A DNA stretch of 64,000 nt from contig JAMCWD010000034.1 of the NCBI GenBank assembly GCA_023475345.1, positions 7,691 through 71,690 of the forward strand, read 5' to 3'. This DNA is from Chloroflexota bacterium. Its GTDB lineage: Bacteria > Vulcanimicrobiota > JAMCWD01. The notes under the pieces were generated by a model that was not told where the DNA came from, ran no database searches, and was given only the letters and a program-made list of their open reading frames with translations. Below are positions 1-8,736 of this stretch, piece by piece. Both the position numbers and the translations under genes were made by a program. Within the stretch, counting starts at the first letter, position 1, and each line of letters begins with the position of its first letter.

Positions 1-1
1 A

Positions 2-1540
2 GTTACCGATTTCGGAATAGCATGGGTCGAGACGTCGCATACGATAACCCAGCCGGGTGAAATACTGGGCAGCTTTTATTACTTCAGCCCGGAGCAGGCG
101 CGCGGAGAAAAAGTTGACCGCCGGGCCGACATATACAGCCTCGGCATCATGCTTTACGAAATGCTGTCCGGCTCGGTACCTTTCAAGGCCGAAAACCCGG
201 CGGCATTGATCCAACTCCACCTCAACGAAGCTCCCGCACCGGTTTCTTCAAAGGCCCTGAATATCCCGAAAAAAATTGACAGGGCGATACTGAAAGCCTT
301 GAAAAAACCACCGGAAGACCGCTTTCAGACTGTCCAGGAATTCATAAAAGACCTTTCCATCGAAGAAATCCCCGCGGACCTTTACAAGACCAACATCTCC
401 CCATCGGAGGCGTCGCTTCACAATATACTCGGCAATAATTATTACAAGCAGGGCAAACTCGACCTTGCAATCCTGGAATGGGAGAAAGCCACCGGTCTCG
501 ACCCGTATAACGCATTGACGCACAATAACCTCGGCACCGCGTACGACGGCGTGGGTCACCTGGACAACGCCATCATCGAATACCAGAAGGCCGTTATGCT
601 CAACCCGAACAATTTCGTCGCCCATTATAACCTCGGCTCGGCTTATTACCGCCAGAATATGCTGGATCAATCGATAGAGGAATACCGGAAAGTTACAGTG
701 CTCAATGCCAAGTTCGCCCCGGCATATTACAACCTCGGCAACGGCCTTTTCAAACAGGACAAGATCGACCAGGCCATCGAAGAATGGCAGAAGGCGCTCA
801 TACTCAACCCCCAGTTTGCAGAAGTTTTATATAACCTTGGAAACGCTTATTACCAGAAAGGCAAGAAGGATGAGGCCGCGTCATACTGGCAGAAAGCCTC
901 CGAAATAGATCCCCAGTTTGCAATAGCTCACTTCAACCTGGGCACTCTCGCCCTGGAGCGGGGCGATATGGATGAAGCTCAGGCGCTATGGGGCCAGGCG
1001 CTTGATATAAACCCGGAATTCGCCGAAGCCCACTACAACATCGGCAATATATATTACGAAAACGACGATACAGAAAAAGCCATCCAGGAATGGGAAAAGG
1101 CCGCAAATGCAAAATTCGGGTTCTGGCAGGCCCACCACAACCTTGGAAACGCTTATTACCAGAAAGGCATGATAGACGAGGCTATTTCACAGTGGCAGAA
1201 AACCATCCAGTTCAACGGTAACTACTGGCCCGCACACTGGAACCTTGCTAACTGTTTTTATTTCGACAAGCTCGAAATCCAACAGGCGATACTGGAATGG
1301 CAAAAAGTTACACAGATAGATCACTATAACTGGCAGGCCTTTTATAACCTGGGCGAAGCTTACCTGAAAATGGGCGATCTCGATACGGCGGCATTACACT
1401 GGGAAAAAGTAGTCCAGCTCAACCCGAAATTCTGGCATGTTTACCACAACCTGGGATCGCTGTATTACCAGAAGAAAAAAATGGATATCGCCATCGCTTA
1501 CTGGGCGAAGGCCGTAGCCCTCATGCTTTTTTCCTGGTAG
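2..1540 (+). CDS. Ser/Thr protein kinase (end of catalytic domain) fused to a long TPR-repeat region; the 5' end lies outside the window
   Basis: The frame stays open upstream of the listed ATG at 149. Translation from nt 2 reads VTDFGIA...GSFYYFSPEQ, which are the DFG and APE-type Hanks kinase motifs. More than 10 TPR-like 34-aa units follow, with the pattern NLG.AYY..G..D.AI..W.KA...NP. Confidence 0.85.
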   Translation, partial: VTDFGIAWVETSHTITQPGEILGSFYYFSPEQARGEKVDRRADIYSLGIMLYEMLSGSVPFKAENPAALIQLHLNEAPAPVSSKALNIPKKIDRAILKALKKPPEDRFQTVQEFIKDLSIEEIPADLYKTNISPSEASLHNILGNNYYKQGKLDLAILEWEKATGLDPYNALTHNNLGTAYDGVGHLDNAIIEYQKAVMLNPNNFVAHYNLGSAYYRQNMLDQSIEEYRKVTVLNAKFAPAYYNLGNGLFKQDKIDQAIEEWQKALILNPQFAEVLYNLGNAYYQKGKKDEAASYWQKASEIDPQFAIAHFNLGTLALERGDMDEAQALWGQALDINPEFAEAHYNIGNIYYENDDTEKAIQEWEKAANAKFGFWQAHHNLGNAYYQKGMIDEAISQWQKTIQFNGNYWPAHWNLANCFYFDKLEIQQAILEWQKVTQIDHYNWQAFYNLGEAYLKMGDLDTAALHWEKVVQLNPKFWHVYHNLGSLYYQKKKMDIAIAYWAKAVALMLFSW

Positions 1541-1578
1541 TTTTTTTCCGCCGGTCTTTCAACAGGGGGAAGAATTCT

Positions 1579-2172
1579 ATGAAATGTCCGAGATGCGGCT
1601 CCGGGATGAAAACCGCTGCCGTCAGGAATGTTGAGTTGGATATGTGCCCTGCCTGCGAGGGCGTATGGTTCGATGAAGGCGAGTTGAACAGGATAATAGA
1701 GATGGGCGAAAAGGCCGTCAGGGACTCGGCCCTGGCCCCAACCCTGAAATCCGAGATAGAATGCGATGAGCGCCCTTCACTTTCCGAGCTGCCCTGCCCC
1801 CGCTGCTCCCGGCCGATGATGAGGTATTACTACGATTGTATTCCGGGAATAGTGCTAGACGGTTGTAATTACGGATGCGGCATATTTCTGGATGACGGCG
1901 AGCTTCACAAGATATTCGTCCATATTTCCGGCGGGGATGAAAAACTCCCTCCTGAAGAGGAAGCAGCGATGCAGGAACTGATGAAAGAGATAACCGAAGA
2001 TAACATCGTTAAAGATGATGAATTGGCGGAAAAGCCGGAGCCAAAAAAATCCACGCTGGAAGCACTGTCCGAAATTGAAGATAAAGTCCCCGGAGCAAAA
2101 AGCCCGGGAAAGGTGCTGGATTTCTTAACGGGGCTTCTGCTCGAATCAGGCATACTGCGCTATAAGGATTAA
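1579..2172 (+). CDS. Double zinc-ribbon (zf-TFIIB-like) protein with an acidic C-terminal tail
   Basis: Two copies of CPRC...(M/L)..C..C.G.(W/F)(F/L)D.GEL (MKCPRCGSGM...CPACEGVWFDEGELNRI and CPRCSRPM...GCGIFLDDGELHKI). An RBS-like GGGGGAAG lies upstream. Confidence 0.6.
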   Translation: MKCPRCGSGMKTAAVRNVELDMCPACEGVWFDEGELNRIIEMGEKAVRDSALAPTLKSEIECDERPSLSELPCPRCSRPMMRYYYDCIPGIVLDGCNYGCGIFLDDGELHKIFVHISGGDEKLPPEEEAAMQELMKEITEDNIVKDDELAEKPEPKKSTLEALSEIEDKVPGAKSPGKVLDFLTGLLLESGILRYKD

Positions 2173-2256
2173 AGTCCGCCCCCACGCCTGGTTTTTAGAC
2201 AGCTTCCTTCAAGGGGAAAAAGTAAATTCTTCATCCCGGTGAAAACAGCCCCAGTT

Positions 2257-2280
2257 GTCATTCCAGCGAAGGCTGGAATC
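2257..2280. repeat. REP-like hairpin unit gtcaTTCCAGCgaagGCTGGAAtc
   Basis: A 7-bp stem (2261-2267 / 2272-2278) with a GAAG loop in the intergenic gap. An inverted copy sits at 3585-3608. Confidence 0.6.
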
Positions 2281-2344
2281 TATTCCAGTAATGTGAGTTT
2301 CAGCCCCAAACCTGCAAGGTTCTAAAACAAATTCCCTCCGCCGA

Positions 2345-3349
2345 TTATTCTACCGGGCGGATACCGGGTTCTCCTGAACCGGCAGGAGCTTTTTCATCTA
2401 CCGGCCTTATACCTGTCCTGAAGTGATGTCTTATCTCTTCCAGTTTAGGCTCAAGGATCTTTAACGCCTCCCGTGCGGCGGCTTTTACTTCACCTGAAGG
2501 TTCATCAGAAATCAATTTGCTCATGGATTTAAGTTTCTGGATTGCGGCTGTGAAATGACTGTAGTGTTCTATTTCGAATTTTGTCGGGATGATATTTTCC
2601 CCAATCCGCCTCAGTGCCTCTGCCACTGCACTGCGTACAATGAAGTCTCCATCCCCCAGGGCATTAACCAGGGGACCAACTGCACGGAGATCTCCCAACC
2701 GCTCCAGCGCCTCTGCTGCAGCCTTGCGTACAACGAAGTCTCGATCCCCCAGGACATTAACCAGGGGTTCAACGGCACGAAGATCTCCCAACCGCTCCAG
2801 CGCCTCTGCCGCGGCCTTGCGTACAACGAAGTCTCCATCCTCCAGGACATTAACCAGTGGTTCAACGGCACGGAGATCTCCCAACCGCCCCAATGCCTCT
2901 GCCGCAGCATGGCGTGTACCGGGGTATTCATTCCCCAGAGCCTCGATCAGTGGTTCAACGGCACGGAGATCTCCCAACCGCTCCAGCGCCTCTGCTGCAG
3001 CCTTGCGTACAACGAAGTCTCCATCTCCCAGGGCATTAACCAGTGGTTCAACGGCACGGGGATCTCCCAACCGCCCCAATGCCTCTGCCACAGCCTTGCG
3101 TACAACGAAGTCTCCATCTCCCAGAGCCTTAATCAGTGGTTCAACGGCACGGGGATCTCCCAACCGCTCCAGCGCCTCTGCCGCAGCACTGCGTACATAC
3201 TTGCTCCTATCCCCCAAGGCCTTAATCAGGAGATCCACGGCACTGGGATCTCCTAACCGTCCCAGTGCCCCTGCCGCCGCCCAGCGCTCTCTCCAGTCCG
3301 ACGATCCGATATCTTCTCCGAGTTCTTCTATCAGGTTTTCCAGGCTCAT
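2345..3349 (-). CDS. HEAT-repeat (PBS-lyase HEAT-like) protein
   Basis: About nine consecutive 31-aa units VRKAAAEALERLGD.RAVEPL(I/V)(K/N)ALGD.DF. The start is placed at MSLENL (ATG 3347-3349), preceded by GAGAGG. The ORF track extends to 3373. Confidence 0.8.
   Translation of the reverse strand: MSLENLIEELGEDIGSSDWRERWAAAGALGRLGDPSAVDLLIKALGDRSKYVRSAAAEALERLGDPRAVEPLIKALGDGDFVVRKAVAEALGRLGDPRAVEPLVNALGDGDFVVRKAAAEALERLGDLRAVEPLIEALGNEYPGTRHAAAEALGRLGDLRAVEPLVNVLEDGDFVVRKAAAEALERLGDLRAVEPLVNVLGDRDFVVRKAAAEALERLGDLRAVGPLVNALGDGDFIVRSAVAEALRRIGENIIPTKFEIEHYSHFTAAIQKLKSMSKLISDEPSGEVKAAAREALKILEPKLEEIRHHFRTGIRPVDEKAPAGSGEPGIRPVE
2600..3250. repeat. Seven tandem 93-bp units (coding repeats of the HEAT gene)
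   Basis: The unit boundary motif tcccaacc recurs at 2693, 2786, 2879, 2972, 3065 and 3158, an exact 93-nt period. The units starting at 2693 and 2972 differ at about 6 of 93 positions by eye. Confidence 0.85.
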
Positions 3350-3450
3350 GATCCTCTCACATCTTCCCGGCAATTATCTCGTCCGGGAACAATATTACAT
3401 TATACATTCGATTATTCCTCCGTGGGTCAGGAGGCAAAAACCCTGGATCG

Positions 3451-3608
3451 GGCGCGATTCATCGCGCCTTATTATGGGCTGAAGCCCGCATTACTGCACG
3501 ACCAAATTCCCCTCCGCCGGAGGGGTGGCCTTGAGCACAGTCGAAAGGCCGGGGTGGGTCAATCTGCATATAGTCAGTACAATGGATCCCAGCCTTCGCT
3601 GGGATGAC
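3451..3608. repeat. Cluster of five different short GC-rich palindromes (REP/BIME-like)
   Basis: The five hairpins are GGCGCGAT-tc-ATCGCGCC (3451-3468), GGGCT-ga-AGCCC (3476-3487), CCCCTCCG-c-CGGAGGGG (3509-3525), GGCCTT-11nt-AAGGCC (3527-3550) and gaTCCCAGCcttcGCTGGGAtgac (3585-3608). Confidence 0.6.
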
Positions 3609-3743
3609 GATCCTCATTGTTTCATGCTGAAGTTTAGGTGATATCAGCCTCGCTTACAGGGGAATTTCGGCGTTACGGTTCTACGGTTCGTTGCGGCTAA
3701 AGTTCAATGGGGATTTCGTCTTATCGGCTTGGAGGTTTGAGGC

Positions 3744-3781
3744 AACAAAAAAACGGCCGGGAATTCCAGCCGTTTTTTTTA
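3744..3781. terminator. Bidirectional rho-independent terminator
   Basis: An A7 run, then the stem ACGGCcGG / CCaGCCGT with loop GAATT, then a T8 run. It lies immediately downstream of the minus-strand gene ending at 3797. Confidence 0.7.
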
Positions 3782-3796
3782 ACCAAATTTCCCAAA

Positions 3797-4363
3797 TTAA
3801 TCGTAAATCTTGCCGTAATTAGGTCCCGGGTCGAGCACTACAAGGCCCCCGTTATCATGGGAGCTTCCCGACGGGGTATGATGTGTCCAGTGGAATATGC
3901 CGTCCAAGCTTTCGTTTTTCATCAGACCCGCGAAAGGATCGAAGGAAATGCCCATCGATTGTAATTCTTCCGGGCTTTTATTTTTAAGCGCTCCCTGCCT
4001 GATAAATTCTCCCTTCATACCAATCCGCATCCCCGGCTTGATATATTTTATCGAAGGAGCAAGGTCGGTGTTGTGGGCGACTTTTACATACGCGCCGTCA
4101 TCCGTCTTAACGATGAACAACTGGTGCTTGAGGCCGTTATTATCATCGGGCAGTACCCTTGTAACGCGGCCGAAATCAATGGACTCCACGTTGCTTTTGC
4201 CCTGGTCGAGAAGCATTTTTACGGTCGGATAGACTTTGCCGGGCTTGTTCAGCCCGTTATTGACAGTTTGAATTTCTTTTGGCGTTGCCTTGTAGCCGGC
4301 GCCGGGCTGGGAGGATATTCCCCCGGTTCCCATTGCTCCGATATGCTCCATACATTCCTCCAT
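3797..4363 (-). CDS. DUF3465-like protein
   Basis: RVTRVLPDDNNGLKHQLFIVK...VAHNTDLAP and GIFHWTHH match my recollection of the DUF3465 signature. A better RBS (GGAGGA) precedes the fifth codon (ATG ending at 4351). Confidence 0.55.
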   Translation of the reverse strand: MEECMEHIGAMGTGGISSQPGAGYKATPKEIQTVNNGLNKPGKVYPTVKMLLDQGKSNVESIDFGRVTRVLPDDNNGLKHQLFIVKTDDGAYVKVAHNTDLAPSIKYIKPGMRIGMKGEFIRQGALKNKSPEELQSMGISFDPFAGLMKNESLDGIFHWTHHTPSGSSHDNGGLVVLDPGPNYGKIYD

Positions 4364-4472
4364 ACAAAATATTTGCTTCCGGTTCTTATTATACTATTAT
4401 CAAGCGGCCCGCCGCAACCCCGGAATTGTTAAAGAGTTGTTAATTTTTCCGATTTTGGGGCGAAATGTTTTA

Positions 4473-4501
4473 TTGAGCCGTAAATACAATTCTGATATAA
4501 T
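4473..4501 (+). promoter_or_regulatory. Sigma-70-type promoter
   Basis: TTGAGC (4473-4478), a 17-nt spacer, then TATAAT (4496-4501). It lies 25 nt upstream of the ATG at 4526. Confidence 0.6.
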
Positions 4502-4525
4502 TGGAATCGCACGAAAGGAGATTTT

Positions 4526-5809
4526 ATGGAAGCGCAATTACCCGTAGGTGATCTGCATATCGCGGTTTCATTGATATTGATGGGTGTCTGCCTGCTTGCA
4601 GTTGCTTTTTTTTCCTCCTCGGAGGCGGCGCTTCTGTCGGTCAAGCCCCTTTTCATAAGGAACCTGGCGCGAAAAGGCGACAAGCGGGCCCGCGCCATCG
4701 AAAGGCTTCGCAAAAGATACGACAGGCTTTTCGGCACGATCCTCGCCACGGAAAACCTGTTCATAATACTTGCTACATCGATCGGCACCGCCATCGCAAT
4801 ATCGGTATTCGGTCATAACGGGGTTCTCCTGGCAACAGTGATTATGACATTGCTGGTGGTTATCCTGGGAGAGATAACTCCGAAAACTCTGGGTGCTACT
4901 TTCCCCGAACAGCTTGCTTTAGGCGTGTCGCATATACTCGAATTGATAGTAACCCTGCTTTCCCCGGTCATCGCAGTTCTATCCGCCCCGGTCAACCTTC
5001 TTATGAGAATTCTTGGCATAGAGAAGAAAAAAGGCATGGGGTATTCACAGGAAGAGCTTAGAACCGCCATTTACGAATCTGAAAAAGAAGGCATTATCGC
5101 TCCAGATGAAAGAGAATTTCTCGAAGGCGTTTTCGATTTCGCAATGACCAGCGCAAGAGAAATAATGATCCCGAGGGTGAAGATGACATGCCTCCCGGTG
5201 GATGCAGGCGTTGAAGAAATGAGGACTGTCATAGAAAAGACAGGCCATACCAGGTTCCCTGTCTATAAGGACGACATGGACAACATCCTGGGCGTTATCA
5301 ATGTTAAGGACATGTTTTTATCACTGGATAAAAAAGGAGTTATAAAAGCCGGAGACCTTGTCAGGCCGTGTCATTTCGCGCCCGGGTCACAGAAAATAAT
5401 TTCGCTGCTGGAAGACATGAAGCGCATGAGAGTGAGCATGGCCATAGTGCTGGACGAATACGGCGGTACGGCCGGCCTTGTAACCGTCGAGACTCTGCTT
5501 GAAGAAATAGTAGGCGAAATCGAGGATGAATACGACGTTTTAAAATCCGGCTGGCTCCCCCAAAAAGACGGCGCCATCCTGGCGAACGCTCACTTCCCCA
5601 TAGATGAAGCCGCTAAACGGCTCCATATCCCCGAGCCTGATTGTGTCAACAATACGCTGGGCGGATACCTCCTGACAAAACTTGGCAGGATCCCGGAGGT
5701 GGGCGATTCGATACAACTGGATAAATACACGCTCCGCGTGGAATTAATGGAAAGATACAAACTGAAAGAGGTCAAAATAATCCCGCCGGGGACAGAACAG
5801 GAAAAATAA
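4526..5809 (+). CDS. Hemolysin/CNNM family protein (DUF21 membrane domain + CBS pair + CorC_HlyC)
   Basis: Four N-terminal TM segments, then REIMIPR...RFPVY (CBS region), then a C-terminal LGGYLL..LGRIP..GD transporter-associated motif. Confidence 0.8.
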   Translation: MEAQLPVGDLHIAVSLILMGVCLLAVAFFSSSEAALLSVKPLFIRNLARKGDKRARAIERLRKRYDRLFGTILATENLFIILATSIGTAIAISVFGHNGVLLATVIMTLLVVILGEITPKTLGATFPEQLALGVSHILELIVTLLSPVIAVLSAPVNLLMRILGIEKKKGMGYSQEELRTAIYESEKEGIIAPDEREFLEGVFDFAMTSAREIMIPRVKMTCLPVDAGVEEMRTVIEKTGHTRFPVYKDDMDNILGVINVKDMFLSLDKKGVIKAGDLVRPCHFAPGSQKIISLLEDMKRMRVSMAIVLDEYGGTAGLVTVETLLEEIVGEIEDEYDVLKSGWLPQKDGAILANAHFPIDEAAKRLHIPEPDCVNNTLGGYLLTKLGRIPEVGDSIQLDKYTLRVELMERYKLKEVKIIPPGTEQEK

Positions 5810-5845
5810 AAAAGCCCGCAAAGGAGCGGGCCCTTTAAAAAAAAG
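5806..5845. terminator. Hairpin terminator between convergent genes
   Basis: GCCCGC (5814-5819), loop aaagga, GCGGGC (5826-5831), flanked by A-runs on both sides. A T-run follows it on the minus strand. Confidence 0.65.
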
Positions 5846-5851
5846 CAAAAC

Positions 5852-6850
5852 TTACGCGGTAGGATTTTCCAGCGCCTTTTTCATGTACTTCGGAAGCGAG
5901 AACAGACGCTGGTCGGCAAGGCCGTCATAATAACGAAGCCCGGTAACCCCGCGTTCTTCCAGCCTCCTGTCTATTTCATCCTTGTTTATCGAAGTGGGTG
6001 AAAATGTCCTGGAGCCTATGACAAAGCCGAAAAGCGCATGATGGCTCGTCAGGTACTCCAGGAAGCTGTATGTCCTGGGGAACAGCTTCGACATCATATC
6101 ATAAACCAGCTTATGCCCCGGATTTTCATTCAGGGGATGATATATGGGGCAGGTGGATATAACCATAATCCCCAGCTTCTTCATCTTCGACTCGACCTGT
6201 TTTAACGAGTCAAGGTTAAAATGCTCATACCCGGGCTGTTCCGGGGAAGGCTCATTGATATCAAAAATAACCACATCGAAGGTGTCTTCGGTAGCGGCAA
6301 GGTAAACGAGTGCGTCTTCCTCGGTAATAAGTGTAACCCTTGGGTCTGCAAGCGATTCTTCCAGTTTCAGGAACGGCAGTTCTTCCTTGCATAGATCCAC
6401 AAGCGCCTTATCCCTTTCGAGCATCACGACTTTTTCAACGATGCGGTGACGGAGAATTTCCCGCAAAGCTCCCCCGCCTCCCCCGCCGATAAGGAGAACC
6501 GAAGCGGGCCTGGGATGGAGGCACATTACGGGGTGAACCAGCGTCTCATAAAAAACGAATTCATCCACTTCTGCAAGTTTCAGCCTGTTATTGATAAGTA
6601 GGCATTTGCCAAGGTGTGCGGCTTCGAGCAAATCTACACGGAAAAGCCCGGTCTGGACCCTTTTTAAAAACGAGGTAACATGGAATTGGGCGATATCGCC
6701 ATAGCGATATTCCAGCCTTAAAAACTCCGGTTTTGCCTCAAGAGCTTCTACTGCTTCTTCTTTTGCCTCTTCCATAACAGGATCTTCCGGCTCGATGACT
6801 TTTTCTTTCTCGCTTGCTTCCTGATTGAGGTTTAATTGCTTGTCTTTCAT
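5852..6850 (-). CDS. Spermidine synthase-family (aminopropyltransferase-like) protein with an acidic N-terminal extension
   Basis: DEFVFYETLVHP...VLLIGGGGGGALREILRH...VVMLERD...DVVIFDINEP follows the SpeE fold pattern. GGGDGG is replaced by GGGGGG, and D(S/C)TDP by DINEP. Confidence 0.6.
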   Translation of the reverse strand: MKDKQLNLNQEASEKEKVIEPEDPVMEEAKEEAVEALEAKPEFLRLEYRYGDIAQFHVTSFLKRVQTGLFRVDLLEAAHLGKCLLINNRLKLAEVDEFVFYETLVHPVMCLHPRPASVLLIGGGGGGALREILRHRIVEKVVMLERDKALVDLCKEELPFLKLEESLADPRVTLITEEDALVYLAATEDTFDVVIFDINEPSPEQPGYEHFNLDSLKQVESKMKKLGIMVISTCPIYHPLNENPGHKLVYDMMSKLFPRTYSFLEYLTSHHALFGFVIGSRTFSPTSINKDEIDRRLEERGVTGLRYYDGLADQRLFSLPKYMKKALENPTA

Positions 6851-6928
6851 ACCCTTTCTTTCTCAACAAGAGGAAAAAAATCCTGCAAAAAGAATTGAAA
6901 AGAAAAATATAATAGATGGAGCAAAAAT

Positions 6929-8137
6929 ATGGAAGAACTGTTCAAAGAATTACTGACCGAGCAGGATACGAAGATGATATTGCTGGTAATCGACGGCCTG
7001 GGAGGTCTTCCCGACCCTTCGTCCGGCCTTACCGAGCTTGAAACGGCTGAAACGCCCAATCTTGACTCTCTTGCCCGCACATCGACCTGCGGCCTGAGCG
7101 TCCCTATAGGTCCCGGCATAACGCCGGGGAGCGGCCCAGCCCACCTTTCGCTGTTCGGATACAACCCTGTAAGACATATTGTCGGCCGCGGCGTGCTCTC
7201 GGCGCTGGGCGTGGATTTCCCGCTCAAAGAAAACGATGTGGCAGCAAGGATTAATTTTGCAACCGTAGATAACGGCATTATCACGGACCGCCGGGCGGGC
7301 AGGATCCCCGATAAGTATGCTTCGAAATTATGTGAACTCCTTAATAAAATCGAGATCCCTGGTGTAGAGGTTTTTGTCCGCCACGAAAAGGAACACCGCG
7401 GGGTGGTGATCTTCAGGGGTGAAGGGCTTTCGGACAGGCTGGAAGATATGGATCCCCAGAAAACCGGAGTCCCTCCCCTCCCTGCAAAAGCCGTCGTTCC
7501 CGAAGCTCAAAAGACCGCATCGATAGCGGACGAATTCGTTGAAGCCGCCGCAAAGATCCTTTCAAAAAACCACCCTGCAGAATACAGGGCGAATTATGTC
7601 ATGCTCAGGGGATTCGCCTCACACCCGGGCCTTGAGCTTTTCAATGACCGGTACCTTTTAAAGGCCGCCGCCATTGCCGAATACCCGATGTACCGCGGCC
7701 TGGCAAGGCTGCTCGGAATGGAAGTCCTGGAAAAGCCCGACGGGCTGGAAGATGAAGTCAGGCAGCTTAAAGAAAATTATAATAATTACGACTTCTTCTT
7801 TTTCCATGTTAAAAAGACCGATTCAACAGGCGAAGACGGCGATTTCGCCGCGAAGGTCAAAGCCATTGAAGCGGTGGACAAACTGGTCCCGGCGATAGTT
7901 GAATTAAAACCGGACTGCCTCGTCATAACCGGAGACCATTCCACCCCGTCAATCTTGAAATCACACAGTTGGCACCCTGTCCCTTATATGCTATATTCGA
8001 AATACGCCCGCCATGACAAAATAAGCGGCTTTTCCGAAACCGAATGCGGGAGAGCGAGCCTGGGGCGCTTCCCGGCAATAGATAATATGGTGCTTATGCT
8101 GGCCCACGCCCTGAGGCTGAAAAAATTCGGAGCATAG
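6929..8137 (+). CDS. apgM: Cofactor-independent phosphoglycerate mutase, archaeal-type
   Basis: MILLVIDGLGGLP...TELETAETPNLDSLA at the N-terminus, ITGDHSTP near the C-terminus, about 400 aa. Confidence 0.8.
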   Translation: MEELFKELLTEQDTKMILLVIDGLGGLPDPSSGLTELETAETPNLDSLARTSTCGLSVPIGPGITPGSGPAHLSLFGYNPVRHIVGRGVLSALGVDFPLKENDVAARINFATVDNGIITDRRAGRIPDKYASKLCELLNKIEIPGVEVFVRHEKEHRGVVIFRGEGLSDRLEDMDPQKTGVPPLPAKAVVPEAQKTASIADEFVEAAAKILSKNHPAEYRANYVMLRGFASHPGLELFNDRYLLKAAAIAEYPMYRGLARLLGMEVLEKPDGLEDEVRQLKENYNNYDFFFFHVKKTDSTGEDGDFAAKVKAIEAVDKLVPAIVELKPDCLVITGDHSTPSILKSHSWHPVPYMLYSKYARHDKISGFSETECGRASLGRFPAIDNMVLMLAHALRLKKFGA

Positions 8138-8146
8138 GGGGAATTT

Positions 8147-8668
8147 ATGCCTGGAAATATTGACCGGCTGACAAGACTCCGTACTGAAGATTTCCTGGAC
8201 GAATCGCTCCCGTTCGAAATCGAACGTTGTGAGCGCTATGGCAGGCCCGTCAGCTTCCTCCTCGTGGAGCCGCGGATCGACGACAGAGAAAGCACCGACG
8301 TGCTATACCCGATTTTAAAAAAAATCGCCGCATACATCAGGAACCATACCAGGTTCATGGATATATCCGTTCGAATAGGAAGACAGGTACTGCTTGTAAT
8401 GACGGAAACGAGCCTTGAATCCGCCGCCGTCGTTGAAAAGAAAATTAAGAATATTGTCGAGTCTGAACCTTACGAGGTCAGCCCTTCCTTCCCGCATATA
8501 AATGTTCAATTGAGAACCGCACTTGGCGCATACCCTGAAGCGGGCAGGGAAGCAACGACGATCCTTAAAACCTTAAGGGACCGGTTGTACGGTTTTGACA
8601 AGTCCCCCGGCGAGGAACCCTGGAAAGAATCATCTCCTGGTTCATGTGAGGAACCAAGCGCCGATTAG
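8147..8668 (+). CDS. Degenerate GGDEF-like domain protein (no GGDEF signature)
   Basis: DRLTRL....F...L..EIERCERYGRPVSFLLVEP and RFMDISVRIGRQVLLVM follow the GGDEF-domain pattern. The GG(D/E)EF site reads GRQVL. Confidence 0.4.
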   Translation: MPGNIDRLTRLRTEDFLDESLPFEIERCERYGRPVSFLLVEPRIDDRESTDVLYPILKKIAAYIRNHTRFMDISVRIGRQVLLVMTETSLESAAVVEKKIKNIVESEPYEVSPSFPHINVQLRTALGAYPEAGREATTILKTLRDRLYGFDKSPGEEPWKESSPGSCEEPSAD

Positions 8669-8736
8669 ATCCGGACAGTTGAATAAAACATGAAATATAC
8701 CGTGCCGTTATAAGCCGGGCCGGTTATTTTCTGGAG

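Noticed and set aside
2600-3250. Possible CRISPR array, because of the regularly spaced repeats
   Set aside because: The units are contiguous, with a 93-nt period and no unique spacers. They are in frame with a HEAT-repeat protein, and no cas genes are present.
2555-3482. Long ORFs of 233 aa and 297 aa on the plus strand, plus shorter ones in other frames, overlapping the HEAT gene
   Set aside because: They are by-products of the 93-bp tandem repeat, which keeps several frames open. Their products are low-complexity S/A/R/P or Q/C repeats with no start context. The minus-strand HEAT reading has a clear repeat-protein signature and an RBS.
3422-3607. 61-aa ORF (…RARFIAPYYGLKPALL…PLRRRGGLEHSRKAGVG…)
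   Set aside because: It is translated straight through the cluster of GC-rich palindromes. Such peptides are the typical spurious products of REP-like elements.
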